From contig OZ024740.1 of assembly GCA_964016885.1 (NCBI GenBank), positions 34,100,001 to 34,164,000 of the forward strand: a stretch of DNA of 64,000 nucleotides. Direction: 5' to 3'. The position numbers and the translations under genes were made by a program. The DNA is from Eledone cirrhosa. Taxonomy: Eukaryota. This document shows positions 23,269-35,700 of this stretch, one piece after another (position 1 is the stretch's first letter; each line of letters starts with the position of its first letter). The notes under the pieces are model-generated. The model made no database searches and had not been told where the DNA came from. It saw nothing but the letters and a program-made list of their open reading frames with translations.

Positions 23269-26180
23269 CTATAGCACCTCTTTGTAGACGATAATGCGTG
23301 TCATTCCTTGAGGAGTGTAAGCAAAAAGTCCATTCCTGCTCCCTACGCGGGAACAGGCAACATAAAGTTGGCCATGGGAGAAGCATAGCTCCCCCAAATG
23401 GATGCCCTCCACCGACAATGTTTGCCCTTGTGACTTGTTAATGGACATGGCAAAACATGGTCTCACCGGAAATTGGGATCGCCGGAAATCGAACGGGATA
23501 TCTGACGCCGAGGGGAAAAGGTTCATCCTTGGAATGAAAACATTCTCCCCTCTCCCGCACCCCGTTACAATGGTGGCCTCAATCAAGTGGGGGCGTCAGT
23601 GACTTGATGACCATGCGAGTACCGTTGCACTGCTTTGGTGGACGCAAGTTCCTTATTAGCATAATGGGACAGCCAACCCTAAGCTTAAGAATGTGAGGTG
23701 GGAGCCCTGGGGCTCAAGGGAATTTAATAACTCAACCGGATAATTAACGATATCGTCGGGGTCTGACATCCGGTCGATAGATTTGAAGATGTGTTCTTTA
23801 CCGGGAATTTTCTCAATCAGCTGCTCGTTAATACAATTAACCATGGTATTTTTCGGAGCAAGGATGGCTCTTTCGCTGAGCCAATCGAGGTTTTTAAAGT
23901 TAGATGAGACATTAGGAAAAACTGCTTCCCAAAGGTCAGAAGGGCTGCTCACAATGTTGCACAGGGAGTCGATTGCTATGCCGCCCTTGTCATCCGCAGG
24001 GACCTTGCCCTCACCAAAGTGCTAAAATATTCCGAGCAAATGCTGCAGACATGTCACCATGCAGATGAGCACGCATATTTGTGCTCAGGGATAAACTCTT
24101 CACCTGGAGCCACAACATGGACGACTTAAGACAGGCACGCACTTCATCAGCTCTTGTCCCTTTGGGGATGACAGCCAGCGTTTGCCGAAAATCCCCTGAT
24201 AGAAGAAAGGTTACGCCACCCATAGGAGCCGTAGAATCCCTAATGTCTTTCAGGGTCCTGTCCAATGCCTCAAGGGCACCCTTGTGTGCCATTGTGCACT
24301 CATCCCAAACAATGAGGCAACATTTTTTGAGAACCAGAGCTTCGTGTGAACTCTTACTGATATTGCATGTTGGTGTCTCAGTTTTTACTAAATCCAAGGG
24401 GAGTTTAAAGGTTGAATGTGCTGTCCTGCCTCCCGGCAGCAAAGTAGCAGCGATCCCGGACGATGCAACGGCCAACGCAATTTTTTTCTCCTGAAGAATC
24501 AATTTCGTTACATAAGTTTTTCCGGCACCCCCAGGAGCATCGAGAAAGTAAATACCCCCAGTCTGATTTTGAACCGCGTCAATGATAGTTAAATAGGTCA
24601 ACCTTTGGTCCAACAGAAGTTTGGACTCATTTTCCTCTAAGTATTGGGAAAGAGATTCGATGTCATATGCTGTTTCCCGCAACAAATCCGGGGCCAACGT
24701 GTTAGCTTCCTCTCTGACGGTTGACGGCAAGCCATACGTCGCCAACTAACTCCCACCCATGTCGAGGAGGGCGTCCTCGATATCAATGAGTGCCCTGTTG
24801 TAGATAATGTCGCTGTAACCAACTTCCACTGAAGTATACTGCAGATGAGCCAGGCGCAGGAAGTCCTCAGACATGAAGTCTCTGTACTTGACCCATAAAG
24901 ATTTGGAATCACCCAATTCACACTTTTGAAGCAAAATAGCAAAGAGTTCCCGTAGACCTTTAGGTGATTTCAACAAAGCACCCTCTGCTAAAGTGGAATC
25001 CCATTGCGAATCATCTTCCAAAAGACCACGCTTAAAGCAGGCTTCCCGGTACGTATCACATATTTCTCCATCAACAGTTTTGAGGTCCTGAAAACTTTGT
25101 GGGCCTACAACTTCATGCAGAAGAAGGCGGAGATAAAAGCACTCATGCTGACTTGGGGGCACAGTGTAAACCCTTCCAAGACAGCTGTCAAATTTTACAC
25201 CAGGAGGTCTTTCAACAGCCTGACCTGACTTTCTTCGCATCCAAGTGTTTTTCGACCATATAAAGTAGGATGGAACCTGGGAGTACACAATTGTTTGCCC
25301 AAATGTATCGAACTGGCAAAGTTTGAAGAAACCCGTCAGATTGGTCTCTTTCGGATCGGCGGCCAACTTGGCGGCGGTTTGGTCCGTAAAGTAAACCCTT
25401 TGCCCATTTTCCAAATGTACCGCAAGCTGTACGATGGCGGGGTGCCGTTGGTGTAGGGGTAAACCAAATAGGCGCCAAAAAGCTTCATTGTTACTGATGT
25501 ACCGCCCCGCCAGGTATTCTGTGACCTCGTCCCTGCTATTTTCAGCTTGAAATGTGAACATTGCGGCATCAGAGCCCTTATTTACATATTTGCATATGTA
25601 ATTTATCGACTTGACGGAGTTGCAAAACTCAACGTTGATGTGGGCGTTGAACATCTTCAAGAGAAGTGGGCAGTAAGGAACCACCCATCTATTGTCGACT
25701 TGACCTCTCCTTACTGTTGTGGTGAAGCCACCGTTCTCGGGCCGTCTCCGCCTGTACAGGGGGTACCCGTGGCCACCAGTCTCAGTCTGGTCAACAAATT
25801 TTTTGGGGTATCCCTTACTGCACGCCCCCCTCCCACCCTTTGAGACACGTGTGATGCTCATTAGGACCCGACGCACACGGACCATGAATCATGTTACCTT
25901 TGACGATGTCATGTAATTCCTGGTCAGTTGCTGGGTTAGGGATTTCAGCCGAAATGAAGCTGTCTATGGCATTTGAATTGATTTTATCAGCTAACCAAAT
26001 CAAAATGTGAGCATGTGGCAGCCCTCGTTTTTGCCATTCGACGGTGAACATGTCACATTTTACAGCTCCAAATACCTGACCTTTTTGATTAAAGCCATGA
26101 GTTTACCCAGTTTCAGTCTGAACACTCTGGCAATGAGGTCATGTCTGTTCGAATAATTTTGCCCAGGAAAAAGTTCACGG
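23269..26180 (-). pseudogene. Helitron Rep/PIF1-like helicase, broken into several frames
   Basis: HUH motif VEWQKRGLPHAHILIW, YICKYVNKGSD, FLDAPGGAGKT (Walker A), [45 protein letters not shown]. Confidence 0.95.
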
Positions 26181-26289
26181 GTTACATTCCGATTCATATG
26201 TCTATAACATTAATCTGTTATATGAAGTGTTATTTTGCGGGTTGTTATTTGCAATAAGCCGATTGAAAATTCCCCAGATAAGCCGTATG

Positions 26290-26820
26290 TCAATACGGAA
26301 CGCTCCACTGCAGTGTTGTCATATAGGGAGTGAAGAGTGACAGAGAGAGTAAAGCAGTTAAATTATAGAGAGGGGGAATATACGGAACGCTCCATTTGAT
26401 CATATACATTGTTTCTCTCTCTGCAGTGTTGTCATATAGGGAGTGAAGAGCGACAGAGAGAGTAAAGCAGTTAAATTATAGAGAGGGTGAATATACGGAA
26501 GGCTCCATTTGATCATATACATTGTTTCTCTCTCTGCAGTGTTGTCATATAGGGAGTGAAGAGCGACAGAGAGAGTATGTCGTTATGACTGTTTGTTGTA
26601 TAAAATGATGTGTTGCTTAGTTATCAAATTTTTTTTTGCGTTCTCGAACGAATAGGGGGAATGATCTATTATATATAGAGAGAAGAGCGACGGATAGAGT
26701 GAAGCTAGTGTTAAACCTCGAAGCATGAAGAGAGTAAAGCAGTTAAATTATAGAGAGGAGGAATAATCTATTGTAGAGAGAGGGAAGAGCGACGGAGAGA
26801 GTAAAGCTATGGTTGTTGTG
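26290..26820. repeat. Internal ~110-bp subrepeats in the Helitron 5' region
   Basis: Repeated ctgcagtgttgtcatatagggagtgaagagcgacagagagagtaaagcagttaaattatagagagg. Confidence 0.8.
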
Positions 26821-27185
26821 TTGCTTTGGTTTCAAAGTTTGTGTCGCGTTCCTTCAAAAGAAGTTTTGTCATTGTTCTAAATTGTGATAGAGTAGTAGAC
26901 AGAGGCAGTAACCTTTTAAAGAGAGTTGCAGAGGAGATTGAGAGTGGAGTAGAGGAAAGGATGAACCTTTTAAAGAGAGTTGCAACATGTATGTAGTTTC
27001 ATATATTTTTGATGGTAGTAGTGAGAGGAATGAAGCGTGTAAGAGAGATTTAGTTTTATCGATTTTTTTTCATAGAAGCAGGAAATGTTTGGCAAAACTA
27101 ATTACGCGATGACCTGCCCTGGTAAATTTGGAGCACATTGGAAAACAAATCATCAAAATCGGTAGAAATATGTGGAAATGCATGC

Positions 27186-27241
27186 GGTGACAGTCAAGTT
27201 TGCAATTTTCAACTGTGAAAATTGCAAACTTGACTGTCACC
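27186..27241. repeat. Perfect hairpin, 26-bp arms, 4-nt loop
   Basis: ggtgacagtcaagtttgcaattttca-actg-tgaaaattgcaaacttgactgtcacc. Confidence 0.97.
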
Positions 27242-27249
27242 ACACATTA

Positions 27250-27288
27250 TGAACCTGAAGATTGCGAAAGCATGAAAGTACTTGTTCA
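27250..27288 (+). ncRNA. Minimal type I hammerhead ribozyme
   Basis: TGAAC-CTGAAGA-t-TGC-gaaa-GCA-t-GAAA-GTAC-T-T-GTTCA. Stem I TGAAC/GTTCA, GNRA-capped stem II, palindromic minimal stem III (AAGTACTT). Confidence 0.75.
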
Positions 27289-27435
27289 ATTAACACTTAA
27301 CATTTAATATTCCACCATACTATTTCATTCTAATACCATTATAAATTTTAAAGGATTGTAAATAAAACGAGTAAATCAGACAAAGTTGGAATTCCTTTTA
27401 TTAATATAATCTTCTATACACAATCATACACACCC

Positions 27436-27491
<56 letters not shown>

Positions 27492-27526
27492 ATGATAAGG
27501 GCGCTGCGGAGTTGCAAATGGGTTAC

Positions 27527-27802
27527 ATATGAAAAAAGTTTGTCCTTCATCAGTGATCTTCCAACTATCATAGGCATTTCATCGCTTTAAAGACCATATA
27601 CCTCCGGTTGGTGCGAGCAACGGCTTAAAAAAAGTCGTTGGGACACGTAAATAAAGGGGACGCGAGGGTCCCCTTTATTTACGTGTCCCAACGACTTTTT
27701 TTAAGCCGTTGCTCGCACCAACCGGAGGTATATGGTCTTTAAAGCGATGAAATGCCTATGATAGTTGGAAGATCACTGATGAAGGACAAACTTTTTTCAT
27801 AT
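27527..27802. repeat. Apparently perfect palindrome, 135-bp arms, 6-nt loop, between (TA)n tracts
   Basis: 27527-27661 is the reverse complement of 27668-27802; loop gcgagg. Confidence 0.97.
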
Positions 27803-27972
27803 ATATATATATAGGAAAATGTTTAACTCCGACGGCAGAGCTCAAGCCGTTTCGACGGCTATTTCTGGACTGAATTCTTTTTTAGCCTATTTTCCTATTA
27901 CCCACTCTACTACCCTAAGTATTGAGTACTCTGGTGCGTTATGGTCCATCTGGTTCCTTACCACACTTCCTT

Positions 27973-28038
<66 letters not shown>

Positions 28039-28069
28039 AAATTGATGGAAGCTATGGAGTAGGCAGACC

Positions 28070-28649
28070 TAGAAAAACCTGCCAGACAGTCCTATACGAG
28101 CAAGACAATCAATCTTGCCTCAAGTGGGACAATTCCCGTCTAAACCCATAGTAACGTGGAAGATAGACGTTAAACGATGATGATGATTATAAAATGTGGA
28201 GAAGGAGCACACGAGTTGGAATATATACATATATGAAAATAGGGAGAAAAAGATGATTATTAGCAAAAAAAATATATTTTTTTCCTTTTAGTTTTTCTCT
28301 TTTTTCTGGGTTAGAAAATGTTTAAAACAAAATATTTTACCTTGTGTGAAGTGTTAAGGTATTAGTTAATTTATTTATTAATTAACAATGGCATTTATAC
28401 ATTTTCTAACCCAGAAAAAAGAGAAAAAATAAAAGGAAAAAAAAATATTTTTCTTCCTAATAATCATCTTTTTCTCCCTATTTTCATATATGTATATATT
28501 CCAACTCGTGTGCTCCTTCTCCACATTTTATAATCATCATCATCGTTTAACGTCTATCTTCCACGTTACTATGGGTTTAGACGGGAATTGTCCCACTTGA
28601 GGCAAGATTGATTGTCTTGCTCGTATAGGACTGTCTGGCGGGTTTTCTA
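28070..28649. repeat. Inverted duplication, ~250-bp arms, ~77-bp spacer
   Basis: 28070-28321 vs 28399-28649, near-identical in reverse complement. The arms join an RTE-type 3' tail to the Penelope #2 terminal sequence. Confidence 0.93.
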
Positions 28650-28722
28650 CGGCTGGATGCCCTTCCTAACACCAACCACGTTTACAGTGTTTTCTTCCTA
28701 ATAATCGTCCTTTTCTCCCTAT

Positions 28723-28724
<2 letters not shown>

Positions 28725-28760
<36 letters not shown>

Positions 28761-28859
28761 TGTATATATATATATATATATTGTTATACTTTGGGAGGGT
28801 CATGTTGCCAATATATATATATATGTGTGTGTGTGTGTGAGAGTGAGTGTGTGTGTGTG

Positions 28860-28899
<40 letters not shown>

Positions 28900-28908
28900 T
28901 ACATATAT

Positions 28909-28981
<73 letters not shown>

Positions 28982-29025
28982 CACACACACACACTCACTC
29001 TCTCACACACACACATATATATATA
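28725..29025. repeat. (TA)n/(TG)n/(CA)n compound microsatellite
   Basis: Direct inspection. Confidence 0.95.
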
Positions 29026-29082
29026 GAGATGTGTAAAATCCAGACCGAAGTCAGTATTGCAACATATGTACAAACTTTATTG

Positions 29083-29171
29083 GCATATTAAAATTGGTTT
29101 GATATTGATCAGCTCAGGGTACATTCAAGTTGACGGGGCCTGACTCTTTTTCGACATCTCGTCAGATATGC
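29083..29171 (-). ncRNA. Degenerate type I hammerhead
   Basis: Minus strand: GCATAT-CTGACGA-GATGTCGA...TCAATATC-AAA-ccaattt-TA-ATATGC. Stems I and II are kept; the G of GAAA and stem III are lost. Confidence 0.55.
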
Positions 29172-29499
29172 GAGTTTATATGTGCAAAAACACACCTAAA
29201 CTGTTGACAGAGGTCCCGAGATCTATTTATATACATTTATTGATGGGTTTGTAAGGGGTGGGTGAGTAAAAGTAGGTTCACGTTTAAAGTGTGAAAGATA
29301 AAGAATAAAAAATAAAGGATAAAAATATAAAAGGTAAAGAAAGTAAAAGGTAAAAAATATATAAACAAATATATTAAAAAAATATATTAAAAGGTTTAAA
29401 TAAAAATGGTAAATAAAGTAAAAAATATAAAAGGTAAAGAAACATATGTAAAAAGGTAAAGTGGAGTTAAAAAGATAACAAAAACAATGACAAAAATAA

Positions 29500-29818
29500 T
29501 TGTTTCTACTTTTGGCACAAGGCCAGCAATTAATCCAGTGTATTACTGGTACTTTATTTTATCGACCCCGTAAGGATGAAAGGCAAAGTTAACCTCGGCG
29601 GGATTTGAACTCAGAACACAAAGGGCCGTAACTCTTTGCTACCGATACTGCCAATCCACCGCCAAAACAAAAATAATGGTTTCTTATATAGGCACAAGGC
29701 CAGTAATTTCGTGGGAGAGGAAAGTCGATTAAATCGACACCAGTGTGAGACTGGTATTTTATTTTATCGACCCCTTAAGGATGAGAGGCAAAGTTAACCA
29801 CGGCGGGATATGAACTAA
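29500..29818 (-). mobile_element. Two tRNA-SINE copies
   Basis: Reverse complement of the same core as 11412-11740. Confidence 0.85.
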
Positions 29819-30159
29819 AAAAAAAAAATCAAATAATAAAATGAGAAATGAAATAAAATAAAACAAGAAAATTTACTGGTAAAGATGAATAATGATAATA
29901 ATGAAAATAGAATCGTAGAGAAAATTCTGAGTAAGCAGGGGTTATCTGGGTGAACAGGGAACCATCTCATCTCACCCCACAATTTTCCTGCGGAGAAAAG
30001 TCAGTTTTAAGCATCTTAGAGGTTGGATTAGTTGATAGCACATGACAAATTGGATGAAAACATTTTTTCTCACACAAATTGAAGGGGGTGTTGTATAATA
30101 TAAGCCACACCAAAATACACTTAACCATGCCAGAGAACAAGATGCAGAAGATGAAGACC

Positions 30160-31160
30160 ACACCAACTGTACCACATGACACAACACCACACCACACTAC
30201 ACACAAGAAGAAAAAGAAGACTACACCATATCAACTATACCACACAGCACCGCACACCACCCACAAGAATAAGACCACTCCACACATACCACACCAACTG
30301 TACCACACGAGACCACATTTCACGTACCACACGACACCACTCCAATTATACCACACAGAAGAAGAAGAAGGAAAAAGAAGACCATATCACATCAGATCAC
30401 ACAGAAGAAGACAAAGAAGAAAAGCATATCACAACACAGAAAATGAAAGAGAAAAAGATGAAGACGCCATCACACCACCACACAGCACGTCACACCACAT
30501 CATATCCCACCACCCTACATTTCACTGCACTACAGTACACTACATCACACGAAATTACAGTACACTACACCACTCTATACAGCGCTGCACCACACTACAC
30601 TGCACTACATTGCACTACACCACACTACAGTACACAACACTACACCACACTACAATATACTACACTACACTACCCCGCACTACACCACACTCTACTACAC
30701 CACACCACTGTCCACTATATGACACTCCACTACATTATACCACACTCCACAAACACTAACATGAAAACTAGCATTAACCATAAAACTAAGCTAACATTAA
30801 CACTAAAACTAACACAAATGCTAACACAATATCTAACACTAACATTAACATTAACTTGAACGCTAACACAAAAACTAACACGAACACTAAATTGAAAACT
30901 AACACTAACCAGAAAACTAAGCTAACATTAACCTGAACACTAACACAAACATTAATGTTAACACTAACAGAAATACTAACACAAAGACTAACATTAACAC
31001 AAAAACAAAGACTAACGCTAACACAATCACTAACACTAATGGAAACACTAACACTGACCCAAACACTAACGCTAACCTGAACACTAACACTCATAATAAC
31101 TTGAACACTAATACTAACAGAAATGCTAACACTAACATTAACACAAAACCAAACACTAAC
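30160..31160. repeat. Low-complexity (CACTA/CACCA)n followed by (ACTAAC)n
   Basis: Direct inspection. Confidence 0.85.
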
Positions 31161-31340
31161 ATCTCATACAAAAAGAAAATTGATTTTGCGAAATACTATA
31201 TTGGCAATTGACGTCATTCGAGTGGAAAGCGAAGTAACCATCGAAAAACGCTTGAAAACGACTTAGAAAAAATTTAAATCAAAATCAAAATTTAATCCCA
31301 AAGAGAGGACATTGGGACATTATCCACTGAAGGTTCCTTA

Positions 31341-31380
31341 AACCCTGATGAAGGGACTTTTAGGTCCCGAAATATTGGAC
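31341..31380 (+). ncRNA. Minimal hammerhead motif in a Penelope 3'-end remnant (31160-31520)
   Basis: cc-CTGATGA(31345-51)-a-GGGAC-ttttag-GTCCC-GAAA(31369-72)-tatt-gg, with palindromic AATATT at stem III. Confidence 0.65.
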
Positions 31381-31551
31381 AGATAAAAGAACAAGAATAA
31401 CAACTAGAACAACAAGAACAAGAACAACAACAAAACAAAACAAAGATTACCAGGTAACTTTTACTCTTCGTTACCTCATCTTACAGTCCATTTTGTATTC
31501 TATCTCTTTCAACGTTATATATTATATACAATGCTTCAAGCAAACTATAAC

Positions 31552-31600
<49 letters not shown>

Positions 31601-31607
<7 letters not shown>

Positions 31608-32288
31608 TTAAAAAATAATGAATAAAACAATGAAACAGTTCCTTATATTAAACAAAAAAAGGTTCATTATTTAACGATCGTTTCTAGGATATATATGTGT
31701 TAGAATTGGCATGCATATTCAACAGATCTATGTACAAAATTATAGAAAATTATACAAACTATCAAAATTAAATATACATACCAACACATATATATGCCGT
31801 CTTCAGATTATTTCTGAAGACGGCATATATATGTGTTGGTATGTATATTTAATTTTGATAGTTTGTATAATTTTCTATAATTTTGTACATAGATCTGTTG
31901 AAACAGTTCCTTATATTAAACAAAAAAAGGTTCATTATTTAACGATCGTTTCTAGGATATATATGTGTTAGAATTGGCATGCATATTCAACAGATCTATG
32001 TACAAAATTATAGAAAATTATACAAACTATCAAAATTAAATATACATACCAACACATATATATGCCGTCTTCAGATTATTTCTGAAGACGGCATATATAT
32101 GTGTTGGTATGTATATTTAATTTTGATAGTTTGTATAATTTTCTATAATTTTGTACATAGATCTGTTGAATATGCATGCCAATTCTAACACATATATATC
32201 CTAGAAACGATCGTTAAATAATGAACCTTTTTTTGTTTAATATAAGGAACTGTTTCATTGTTTTATTCATTATTTTTTTAATATTTTA
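31601..32288. repeat. Compound palindrome with an internal 268-bp direct duplication, built from a hammerhead-containing unit
   Basis: Hairpin centres tcttcaga-ttatt-tctgaaga at ~31810 and ~32078, 268 bp apart. Outer ends aaaatatttaaaaaataatg / cattattttttaaatatttt are complementary. Confidence 0.95.
32075..32222 (+). ncRNA. Type I hammerhead with long stem II
   Basis: ATTATTT-CTGAAGA(32082-88)-cggcATATATATGTGTTG...TAACACATATATATcc-ta-GAAA(32204-07)-CGATCG-T-T-AAATAAT. Stem I is 7 bp; stem III is palindromic; the base of stem II is imperfect. Confidence 0.65.
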
Positions 32289-32420
32289 TCTTGACTCTGT
32301 ATTCCGTTTATCTTTCACCGAAAGTGATTTTTCATTGCATCTCTTCTTTCCATGATATCCGGATTACATTGAGTTCTTCATACGGATTGGACACTACCGT
32401 AAACTCTTGGTAGATTTATC

Positions 32421-32488
<68 letters not shown>

Positions 32489-32544
32489 TATATATATAAT
32501 TATTATTATAATTATTATATATATATAATAATTATATATATATG

Positions 32545-32700
32545 ATCTGAGTTCAAATCCCGCCGAGGTTTACTTTGCCTTTCATCCTTCCGGGGTCGAT
32601 AGAATAAAGTACCAGTAATGCATTGAGTAATTGCTGGCCTTGTGCCAAAAGTAGAAACAATTATTATTATTATTATTATTATTATTATTGTTATTGTTAT
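32545..32700 (+). mobile_element. 5'-truncated tRNA-SINE with (ATT)n tail
   Basis: Same core as the other SINE copies; the tail abuts the 3' end of the Dong element. Confidence 0.85.
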
Positions 32701-35700
32701 TCCTTGAATCTCAGTCATTGATGTTGGTTAACTGGAAAGTCCGTTGGATTGAATATCAAGCCACTACCTGCAGCCTCAGATATTCAGGACGTATCGGAGG
32801 GTTCTTGCCGTTCCAAGCAAGCATGCCTTTTGAAGCGTTCCAAAAAGCGTGAAGGGGACGATTTTCTTTAACCATCCCTGGAAACCTTTGGAGATAGTCC
32901 CCAGTGCGCCTATGACAATCGGGATCACTTTGACTTCATGGCAGTTCCAAATCCTTTTCACCTCCCACTTTAGGTCCTGGTATCGGTTAATTTTCTCCCT
33001 CTCCTTCTCTTGCACTCTCGTGTCGAACGGGCAGGCCACATCCACAATCAGGCACGATCTTTTTTCTTTGTCCACAACCACCAGGTCAGGTCTATTGTGT
33101 TCCAGTTTTTTGTCCGTCTGTATCCTAAAATCCCACAGCACCTTCACCTGACTGTTCTCCATCACCGCCTCTGGCCTATGCTCATACCATTTCTCAGAAT
33201 GTGGTAGATTGTTTACTTTGCACAGGTGCCAGTGGATCACCCTGCCCATCACATCGTGTCTCCAGCCCTTATAGTGGGTCTGGGCTAGGTGTTTACACTC
33301 GGACACAATGTGAGCCACAGTCTCCTCTCTCTCTCCACAGATCCTGCACAGTGGGCTAGCCTCCTCCTTGTAGATATGGTGCTTCAACCACTTCGTTTTG
33401 AGGGCCTGCTCCTGCGCAGCCATTAGCATTCCTTCTGTAGCCTTTTTGAGGTTTCCTCTTCTCAACCAGTTCCATGTCTGTGGATCTCTAAATTCAGTTT
33501 TCTCAAAGAAGGTACTATGAAGGGATTTTCCCTTAAGGCTGCTCTTCCTCCTTGATGTTATTTCCTCCTTGGGTATCCCCTGGCCTACTGTCCCCTCCTT
33601 CAGTACAGCTCTGAGCATTGGCTCCTTACTATAGGTCACGTATTTGTATAGGTTGTTTTTCTCCATCTGAACACAGTCCTCTATGCTGATAAGACCTCTT
33701 CCACCCTCAGATCTCCTTAGGTAGAGTCTATCGACATCACTCCTCTTGTGGAACATGTTGTAGATAGTCAATAGCTTCCTAGTCTTCCTATCCATTTCTT
33801 TTTGTTCAGCAACATTCCATCTCAGAATTCCCGCACTGTACCTAATAATAGACACAGCTCGGGAATTTACTGCGCTTATGGCATTTCTGCTGTTCAGATG
33901 TGACTTCAATACGCTCCTTACTCTCCGAATGTATTCAGTTCTTAACAATTCCTTCATTTTTTTGTTCTTTATGCCATCAGCCTCCAGAACGCCCAAATAC
34001 TTGTATCCTTCCTCAGAGTCAATTTCCTTTATCATCTCACCTGTTGGTATCTGGATCCCGTTACTTCTGCTCAACCTACCCCTCCTCATCACAATGACTC
34101 CACATTTACCAATACCAAACTGCATACATATATCACTGCTGAAAATACGGACAGTGTCAACAAGCACATCCAACTCCTTCTCACTTTTCCCGAAGAGCTT
34201 AAGATCGTCCATGAAGAGGAGGTGATTGATGGTAAGCTCTCCCCTTCCCAACTTGTATCCTGCTCTCACTTTTCGCAGCATAATGGTCAAGGGCATCAGG
34301 GCAAGGACAAACAACAGAGGGGACAGGCTATCTCCCTGGAAGATACCTCTCTTGATCTTCACGCTTCCCAAGGATACTCCAGTTGATGTCAACTCTGTCT
34401 CCCAGGACCCCATACTCCTGCCCAGCAACTGTCTGATGTTATCTGCCACCCTGAAGATCTCCAGGCTTTTGGTGATCCAGGAATGAGGCACCATGTCAAA
34501 TGCCTTTCTGTAGTCTATCCATCCCATGGCAAGATCAGTGTGTCTCCTCCTGCAATTCCCCATTACCATCTTATCAATAAGCAACTGGTCCTTTGTACCA
34601 CGTGACTTCTTTCGGCATCCTTTCTGTTCGTCCGGCAACAAGTTGTTTGTGTGGAGGTGATGGTAGATTTCCTCAGACACAATGCTCGTCAACAGTTTCC
34701 ACATTACGGGCAGACATGTGATAGGTCTATAGTTGGTAACATCATTACCCTTGATTCGGTCTTTCATTATCAGAACTGTGGTACCTTTTGTCAACCACTC
34801 TGGCACCTCACCCGACACCAAGCAGTCATTGAACATGGCCGTCAGCTTCGGGTGGAGGGATGTTAAATGTTTAATCCAATACCCCTGCACACCATCTGGG
34901 CCTGGTGATTTCCAGTTGGTTAGTTTTTTGGCTTGCCCCTTAAGAGTTTCAACTGTGATACTCAAATCAGTCTGTTGCTGTGCCTGCTCACCGATCTCCC
35001 TCTGTACTGTCTCAATCCACCCTGCCTGGGCATTGTGTCTAACATCCTGCTCCCATATTCCTCTCCAGAATGTTTTAGCTTGTTCCGCCCCAGGGATCAA
35101 GTCGTTGCCTCTTTCTTTCCCCTCAAGCTGTCCAAACAGCATCTTCTGGTTGTTGTCGAACATGCGGTTCTGTTTATACTGACTGACTCTGTTCTCGTAT
35201 CGCCTGATTTTGGCACTCTTTGCTACAATGCGTTGCTTCAATTCCTCTATGATAATATTTAGCTTTTTACTCCTAGTTTTGTATTTTATTTCCAGTCTAT
35301 TTTTAGTGCCTATGTTTTTTAGTGTCCCATTCAGTAGTGACTCAAGCTTTCCTATGTCATTTCTCATTTCCCCGATTTGCCCACTCAGTCGCTTCTTCCA
35401 CCACGGCTCTGCTCTTTCTTGTCTGTTGTTTCCTCTCGCTTTTATACCAAGTAGTTTCCTCACCGTATTTGCTGTTGCTTTGAGGATATTGTTGCACTGG
35501 TGAAGACTCCTCGCCTCAAGGTATGGGATGACTTTGTTTACCTTAGCTGTTGTTTCTTTTAACTTTTTCCTGTCTACAAATCTTAGGTTCATAGGTCTCC
35601 CACTATCATTGTTCAACTCATCTACCACTAAATTTAGGATGTCAACCGAATCTTGTCCTAGCCCGTCAGCATTCATCTCCTCAGTGGCCGTATCTCTGTT

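Larger units (their letters stand above)
22953..27185 (-). mobile_element. Helitron, internally deleted
   Basis: Canonical 3' end on the minus strand: hairpin cccg-N8-cggg (22965-22980), then CTAG (22953-22956) followed by T. Rep-helicase coding sequence inside. The 5' end is not resolved. Confidence 0.9.
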
